Positions 58,847-64,000 of a DNA stretch of 64,000 nucleotides are shown one piece after another. The notes below the pieces were generated by a model. That model worked only from the letters and a program-made list of their open reading frames with translations, had not been told where the DNA came from and made no database searches. Source of the stretch: Candidatus Cloacimonadota bacterium (GTDB taxonomy: Bacteria > Cloacimonadota > Cloacimonadia > JGIOTU-2); assembly GCA_049903315.1 (NCBI GenBank), contig JBNGBT010000005.1, positions 32,001 to 96,000 on the forward strand. The letters are read 5' to 3'. The translations under genes were made by a program, and so were the position numbers. Numbering within the stretch: the first letter of the stretch is position 1; each line of letters starts with the position of its first letter.

Positions 58847-60196
58847 ATGGATTGGAAAGGTAAGAAAGTAGCAGTTATCGGTCTTGCAAGAAGTGGTCTT
58901 GCTGCATCACAGAAGCTGAGAGAGATCGGTGCACAACCTTTTTTATCAGATATTCGTTCCAAAGAAAAATTGAAAGCGATACTTCCTCTTATTAGTGATT
59001 TTGAATATGAAGCAGGCGGACATACCAAGAAAGTTCTTCAAAATGATCTGATCATTGTGAGTCCAGGAGTTCCACTTGATATTCCTATTTTGAGAAAAGC
59101 TCAAGAAAAAGGAATGCCAGTTTGGAGCGAATTGGAATTCGGATTTCAGCTTGTAAAAAACACTTCCTCGAAAATCATTGCAATTACGGGGTCAAATGGG
59201 AAGAGCACTACAACTTCGCTTATTCATCATATTTTGAAAGAGAGCGGAAAAAATGCACTTCTTGCAGGTAATATCGGGTTGCCATTCACTTCGTTTCCAA
59301 TTGAGAAAGGTGAATATGATTATATCGTTTTGGAAGTCAGCAGTTTTCAACTCGATGGGATTATGCAATTCCACCCGGATATTGCACTTATGCTGAACAT
59401 CACTCCCGATCACTTGAACCGATATCATACTTTTGATGCATATAGAAATTCGAAATTACGCATTTTTGAAAATCAAACAAACCAGGATACTGCACTCTTA
59501 AATTTCGATGATGACGAATGCAATCGTTTAAACGAAATTGGTTTCTCACAAAAAATATTCTACAGTGTATACGAGAAAGTGAATGATAATGTTTGGTTTG
59601 AGAATGATCAGATTGTGATACATTCAAAAGATAATACTTCTTTTTTACACTCTCACGAGCTTCCGATAATGGGCTTACATAACATCAGCAACGCAGTTGT
59701 ATCTTCCCTCGTAGGTGTGTTATGCGGATTGAAATCCGGTCAAATATGCACAGCTCTGAAAAATTTCAAAGGGTTGGAACACCGTCTTGAATGGGTAGCT
59801 GAAATTGATGAAAGAATTTTTATTAATGATTCAAAAGCAACAAATTGTGTGTCAGTCGAGAAAGCACTGGCATCATTCGATAAACCGATAAATCTTATAA
59901 TGGGAGGTTCGGATAAGCATGAAGACTTTTCATCACTTATCCCGCTTATACAAAAAAATGTCAGAAATCTGATCGTACTTGGAGAAACCAAAGCCCAAAT
60001 CGTTGTCACATTCAGAAAATTCGTGAACATATTAGAGGTTACTGATTTGCAAGAAGCTTTGAGTGTTGCATTTAACAATTCAAAACCTGGTGAATATATT
60101 TTACTTTCTCCCGGGTGCGCCAGTTATGATATGTATGATAATTTTGAAGAGCGGGGAAAGCACTTCAAACAGCTTGTGTGTGAGATTAAGATATGA
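58847..60196 (+). CDS. murD: UDP-MurNAc-Ala:D-Glu ligase
   Basis: SPGVP, ITGSNGKSTT, EVSSFQL, HRLE, NDSKATN, LSPGCAS. Confidence 0.96.
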   Translation: MDWKGKKVAVIGLARSGLAASQKLREIGAQPFLSDIRSKEKLKAILPLISDFEYEAGGHTKKVLQNDLIIVSPGVPLDIPILRKAQEKGMPVWSELEFGFQLVKNTSSKIIAITGSNGKSTTTSLIHHILKESGKNALLAGNIGLPFTSFPIEKGEYDYIVLEVSSFQLDGIMQFHPDIALMLNITPDHLNRYHTFDAYRNSKLRIFENQTNQDTALLNFDDDECNRLNEIGFSQKIFYSVYEKVNDNVWFENDQIVIHSKDNTSFLHSHELPIMGLHNISNAVVSSLVGVLCGLKSGQICTALKNFKGLEHRLEWVAEIDERIFINDSKATNCVSVEKALASFDKPINLIMGGSDKHEDFSSLIPLIQKNVRNLIVLGETKAQIVVTFRKFVNILEVTDLQEALSVAFNNSKPGEYILLSPGCASYDMYDNFEERGKHFKQLVCEIKI

Positions 60197-61344
60197 AGAT
60201 TTCGACAAGATTCCTGGAAGATTCGCTCGTTTATATCTGCCTGATCTTGGTTTTGATAGGACTATTGCTCATCGGCAGTATTGATTCTTTTCAGTTCAAA
60301 TCTCGGAATATTGTGATGCAGACTTCCTGGATCTTTGTATCAATCATCTTCTTTTTTGTTTTTTCTCATATACATCTTCAAAGGTTGAGAGTTCTTTCAT
60401 TTCCTTTGTTATTTCTAGGATTGATCGCGCTTGGAGCAGTCTTTGTGCCGGGTATTGGGAAGACGGTCAACTATTCATCACGCTGGATAAATTTTGGCAG
60501 ATTCACTTTTCAGGCAAGCAATCTGGCAAAAGTAATTTTTATCTTTTATCTGGCTCATTTCTTTGCAAAAAATCAGGATATTCTGGAAAGGTCTGAACCG
60601 AAGTATTTCATCAAAAACTTTTTCCCAATAATTTTTGCTCTTGGAGTCTATGTCGGATTGATCTATTTTGAGCCCGATCTCAGCACAGCAGGTATTCTCT
60701 TTCTTATTTTTTTAAGTATGCTTTTCGTGGCGAAAGTGAAACTATCCACTATCACATTAATATCAGTGAGTGTGATTGTGGTACTTGTAGTTCTTATATC
60801 GGTTGGTCCTGCATATCGAAGAGCGAGGTATGTTTCATTTGTGAAATTTCTGAGCGGTAAAGAAGTGCAGATTCAAAACCAAAATGACACGTTCTTTCAA
60901 CCAAGAGAATCTCTTATTGCACTTTCTAACGGCAAGTTAACCGGCAGGGGGTCTGAAGAGGGGAAGGCAAAATTATATTACCTGCCCTTTGCTCATTCCG
61001 ATTATATTTTTTCTATACTTGGCGAGGAATATGGGTTTGTAGGAAGTCTCGTGCTTCTGCTGTTTTATCTCTTATTGCTTTTAAGTTGTTTCACATTAGC
61101 ACAACGCGCACATGATCCGTTTTACTCATTTTTGATTGCTGGTCTTGGTTTCGGGATTGCGTATAATATTTTTGTAAATGTCGCAGTAGCAGTGAGTTTG
61201 ATCCCTTCAACCGGCGTAACATTACCTTTCATAAGCTACGGAGGGTCAGCACTTTTAATTGATTCGATTGCAATCGCTGTCATTATCAATGCCAGCAAGC
61301 GTGACCGCTATGAACGTTTAGAGAAGGACCTTCAGTATGTATAG
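60193..61344 (+). CDS. ftsW: SEDS peptidoglycan polymerase FtsW
   Basis: RWI, EPDL, YLP-AHSDYIF, TGVTLPFISYGGS. Confidence 0.93.
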   Translation: MKISTRFLEDSLVYICLILVLIGLLLIGSIDSFQFKSRNIVMQTSWIFVSIIFFFVFSHIHLQRLRVLSFPLLFLGLIALGAVFVPGIGKTVNYSSRWINFGRFTFQASNLAKVIFIFYLAHFFAKNQDILERSEPKYFIKNFFPIIFALGVYVGLIYFEPDLSTAGILFLIFLSMLFVAKVKLSTITLISVSVIVVLVVLISVGPAYRRARYVSFVKFLSGKEVQIQNQNDTFFQPRESLIALSNGKLTGRGSEEGKAKLYYLPFAHSDYIFSILGEEYGFVGSLVLLLFYLLLLLSCFTLAQRAHDPFYSFLIAGLGFGIAYNIFVNVAVAVSLIPSTGVTLPFISYGGSALLIDSIAIAVIINASKRDRYERLEKDLQYV

Positions 61345-62431
61345 AATTGCCATAGCAGCAGGTGGAACCGGCGGACATATCTTTCCGGGTATTGCAATTG
61401 CCAGAGAACTGCAAAGGCAGCTTGCTGATTGTAAAGTGATATTTATCGGATCAAAAGAAGGCATAGAAAATAAAATTGTGAAAGAAAATGGATATGAATG
61501 TTATCCGACTGACGTGCAGAAACTATACCGAAATATCACATTCAAAAATTTGCTATTTCCATATTATATGCTGAAAAGTATTTCTCAAACTCAGGATGTT
61601 TATAGGAAGCACAAAATATCAATTTTTATTGGATGCGGTGGATTTGTTAGTGGAACTGCGGGGTATGCTGCAAAACTGCAAAGAATCCCGATTTTTTTAC
61701 AGGAACAAAATAGTTATCCAGGATTGAGTACACGTTTCATCGCACCCTATGCTCAAAAAATTTATCTAGGAAATCCAAAAGCACATGAATATTTAAAATG
61801 TCCCAGAGAAAACATTTCCTATACAGGCAATCCAATACGTACCCCGATAAAGATTTCCCGGGAAAAAGCACTTGAAATACTTGGATTGCAAAATAAAAAA
61901 ACAGTTTTTATTTATGGTGGAAGTCTGGGTTCCATACCGATTAATAATGCTGTGCTCCCGATTCTTGAGAAGTTGCTGCAAAATAATTTTCAAGTTATCT
62001 TTCAGACGGGAAAACGTGATTATACAAGGATATTTGAGCTTCACAAAAAAACTGAAAGCCTCATCATAAAACCGTTTTTTGACGATATCGATGTTGCATA
62101 TTCTGCCAGTGACCTTGTTGTATGCAGGGCTGGAGCGATCTCACTCTCCGAAGTAGCATATTTTGGAATTCCTGCAATTATTATTCCTTTCCCTTGGGCA
62201 GCAGGGGATCATCAGGTGAAAAATGCTGAGAGTTTGAGAACAAGAAAAGCAGCAGTTGTGATAGAAGAAAAAAACCTTACATCAGAAATATTATTTCACG
62301 AGATCGTGAATATCTTGAATAATCTTGTTCTGCACGAAATTATGGCACATGCGTTGAAGTTACTTGCAAAACCGGAGGCAACCCGGGATATAGTCAGCGA
62401 TATTATTAGTACGTTAGGAATAGAATGTTAG
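61337..62431 (+). CDS. murG: Lipid II GlcNAc transferase
   Basis: GGTGGHIFP, EQNS, GNPIR, GGSLG, RAGA, HQ--NA. Confidence 0.96.
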   Translation: MYRIAIAAGGTGGHIFPGIAIARELQRQLADCKVIFIGSKEGIENKIVKENGYECYPTDVQKLYRNITFKNLLFPYYMLKSISQTQDVYRKHKISIFIGCGGFVSGTAGYAAKLQRIPIFLQEQNSYPGLSTRFIAPYAQKIYLGNPKAHEYLKCPRENISYTGNPIRTPIKISREKALEILGLQNKKTVFIYGGSLGSIPINNAVLPILEKLLQNNFQVIFQTGKRDYTRIFELHKKTESLIIKPFFDDIDVAYSASDLVVCRAGAISLSEVAYFGIPAIIIPFPWAAGDHQVKNAESLRTRKAAVVIEEKNLTSEILFHEIVNILNNLVLHEIMAHALKLLAKPEATRDIVSDIISTLGIEC

Positions 62432-63825
62432 GAAGAACAAAAAAATTACATTTCGTCGGTATTGGCGGGATAGGTATGAGCGGAATCGCAGAACTGCTTA
62501 TAAATTATGGTTATAAGATCTCCGGTTCTGACTTGCTCCAATCCCACGTAACCGAACGCCTTGAAAAAATGGGTGCTGAGATAACTTATCAGCATAAAGC
62601 ATCAAACGTTCATAAGGATGTTGATGTTGTAGTGAAATCATCTGCGGTAACAGATTCAAATATAGAGATAAAAACAGCTATTAATAGGAATATTCCTGTC
62701 ATCAGGCGTGCTGAAATGCTGTATGAACTCATGAGAATGAAAACGGGAATTGGCATTGCAGGCACACATGGAAAGACTACTACAACCTCTATGACGGGTA
62801 TGATACTTACCGAAGCCGGCTTGCTTCCCACACTCGTGATCGGAGGTGTGGTAAAGAATTTTGACAGCAATGCTGTTCTCGGAAAATCAAAATATATTGT
62901 TGTTGAAGCTGATGAATACGACCGTTCTTTTCTGTCACTAACCCCCATAATAGCAGGCATTTGCAATATTGAAGAGGAACATGTGGATTGTTACCCAACT
63001 GTAGAAGAACTGGAAAATGCATTTCTCCAATTTGCCAATTCAGTTCCTTTCTTTGGCTTAATAGTTGCCTGTATCGATGATCCGGCTGTAAACCGGCTTC
63101 TCCCAAGATTTGAAAAGCGATTGTGTACTTTTGGATTGGATAAAAAAGCTACAGTACGTGCGGAGAATATTAAATATTCAAATTTTGAATCGGAGTATGA
63201 TCTCATTTATGCAAATAAAAAATTAGGTTCGATCAATCTCTCTATGCCGGGTGCACATAATGTTCAGAACTCTCTTCTCGCAGCTTCCATAGCACTCGAG
63301 CTTGAAATTCCATTCATAGACATCAGGAACGGTTTAAAGAAATTCAAAGGTGTTTACCGCCGGTTTGAACGCAAAGGCTTTGTGAACGATATTCTCGTTT
63401 ATGATGATTATGCTCATCATCCAACAGAAGTAAGAAAAACACTTCAGGGCATTAAGGAAGGTTCGGTTCGAAGAATAATCGCAGTATTCCAGCCGCATTT
63501 ATTCACGCGGACAAAAATGTTCTACAGAAAATTTGCAGAAGCTCTTATGATTTCCGATGTGTTGATTATCAATGATATTTATCCTGCACGTGAGGAACCT
63601 ATCGAAGGCGTGACAGGCAAACTTATTTCCGATGTGACGCGCGATCTCGGGCATAAAAAGGTCTATTTCATAAAAGATAGAAGAGATATCCCAGCTGAGC
63701 TCATGAAGATATGTAAAAGTGGTGATTTCGTAATTACAATGGGGGCGGGAAATATTGTTGAAGTTTCGGAGAAATTTGTTCACCTGCTCGAGAAGCAGAA
63801 TGAAGCACAATCAAAGAAAAAATAA
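62425..63825 (+). CDS. murC: UDP-MurNAc:L-Ala ligase
   Basis: GIGGIGMSG, GTHGKTTT, EADE, DDYAHHPTE, FQPH. Confidence 0.96.
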   Translation: MLGRTKKLHFVGIGGIGMSGIAELLINYGYKISGSDLLQSHVTERLEKMGAEITYQHKASNVHKDVDVVVKSSAVTDSNIEIKTAINRNIPVIRRAEMLYELMRMKTGIGIAGTHGKTTTTSMTGMILTEAGLLPTLVIGGVVKNFDSNAVLGKSKYIVVEADEYDRSFLSLTPIIAGICNIEEEHVDCYPTVEELENAFLQFANSVPFFGLIVACIDDPAVNRLLPRFEKRLCTFGLDKKATVRAENIKYSNFESEYDLIYANKKLGSINLSMPGAHNVQNSLLAASIALELEIPFIDIRNGLKKFKGVYRRFERKGFVNDILVYDDYAHHPTEVRKTLQGIKEGSVRRIIAVFQPHLFTRTKMFYRKFAEALMISDVLIINDIYPAREEPIEGVTGKLISDVTRDLGHKKVYFIKDRRDIPAELMKICKSGDFVITMGAGNIVEVSEKFVHLLEKQNEAQSKKK

Positions 63826-64000
63826 TGATAGAAAAATTTGAATTATTTCTGAAAGAGCATCACATCATGTGTGTGGACAAAGCAGTTTCATTGAAATCGC
63901 TCACAACCATAAAGTGCGGCGGTAAATCTGATTATCTCGCAGAACCAGACAATTATGATGATCTTTCTATTATATTCAAATTTGTGTGTGAAAATAATAT
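63825..64000 (+). CDS. murB: UDP-N-acetylenolpyruvoylglucosamine reductase, partial (runs off window)
   Basis: MIEKFELF...SLKSLTTIKCGGKSDYLAEP; ATG overlaps the murC stop. Confidence 0.8.
   Translation, partial: MIEKFELFLKEHHIMCVDKAVSLKSLTTIKCGGKSDYLAEPDNYDDLSIIFKFVCENN

Overview
AT-rich bacterial chromosomal window. It is probably Cloacimonadota or a related FCB-group anaerobe, inferred from secreted proteins with FlgD-Ig/T9SS-like C-termini and from gene content. Most of it is housekeeping: der-plsY-purF-rfaE1-rfaE2, HU plus a tiny bS22-like ORF, lon, deoC-thyX, gmk-(rpoZ-like)-udg-dnaB-mlaE-trmL, a MacAB-type exporter, three tRNAs and the dcw cluster (mraZ to partial murB). No CRISPR array, rRNA, prophage or classical transposase was seen. 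Main observations: (1) a minimal GIY-YIG nuclease gene lies between tRNA-Pro(UGG) and a direct-repeat copy of that tRNA whose anticodon arm is exactly replaced by a foreign hairpin. (2) Short GC-rich inserts interrupt a family of periodic intergenic repeats; one 27-bp repeat is present both intact and interrupted. (3) A tightly packed amino-sugar glycosylation operon contains an intact NadA, a CoA-ligase-like gene, CitE and MaoC. (4) A second, diverged MraZ paralog sits inside the dcw operon. (5) Several deletion scars: a meaB remnant, a chimeric secreted protein and a GT2 lacking its transmembrane helices. Product calls come from motif recognition by eye, not database searches.
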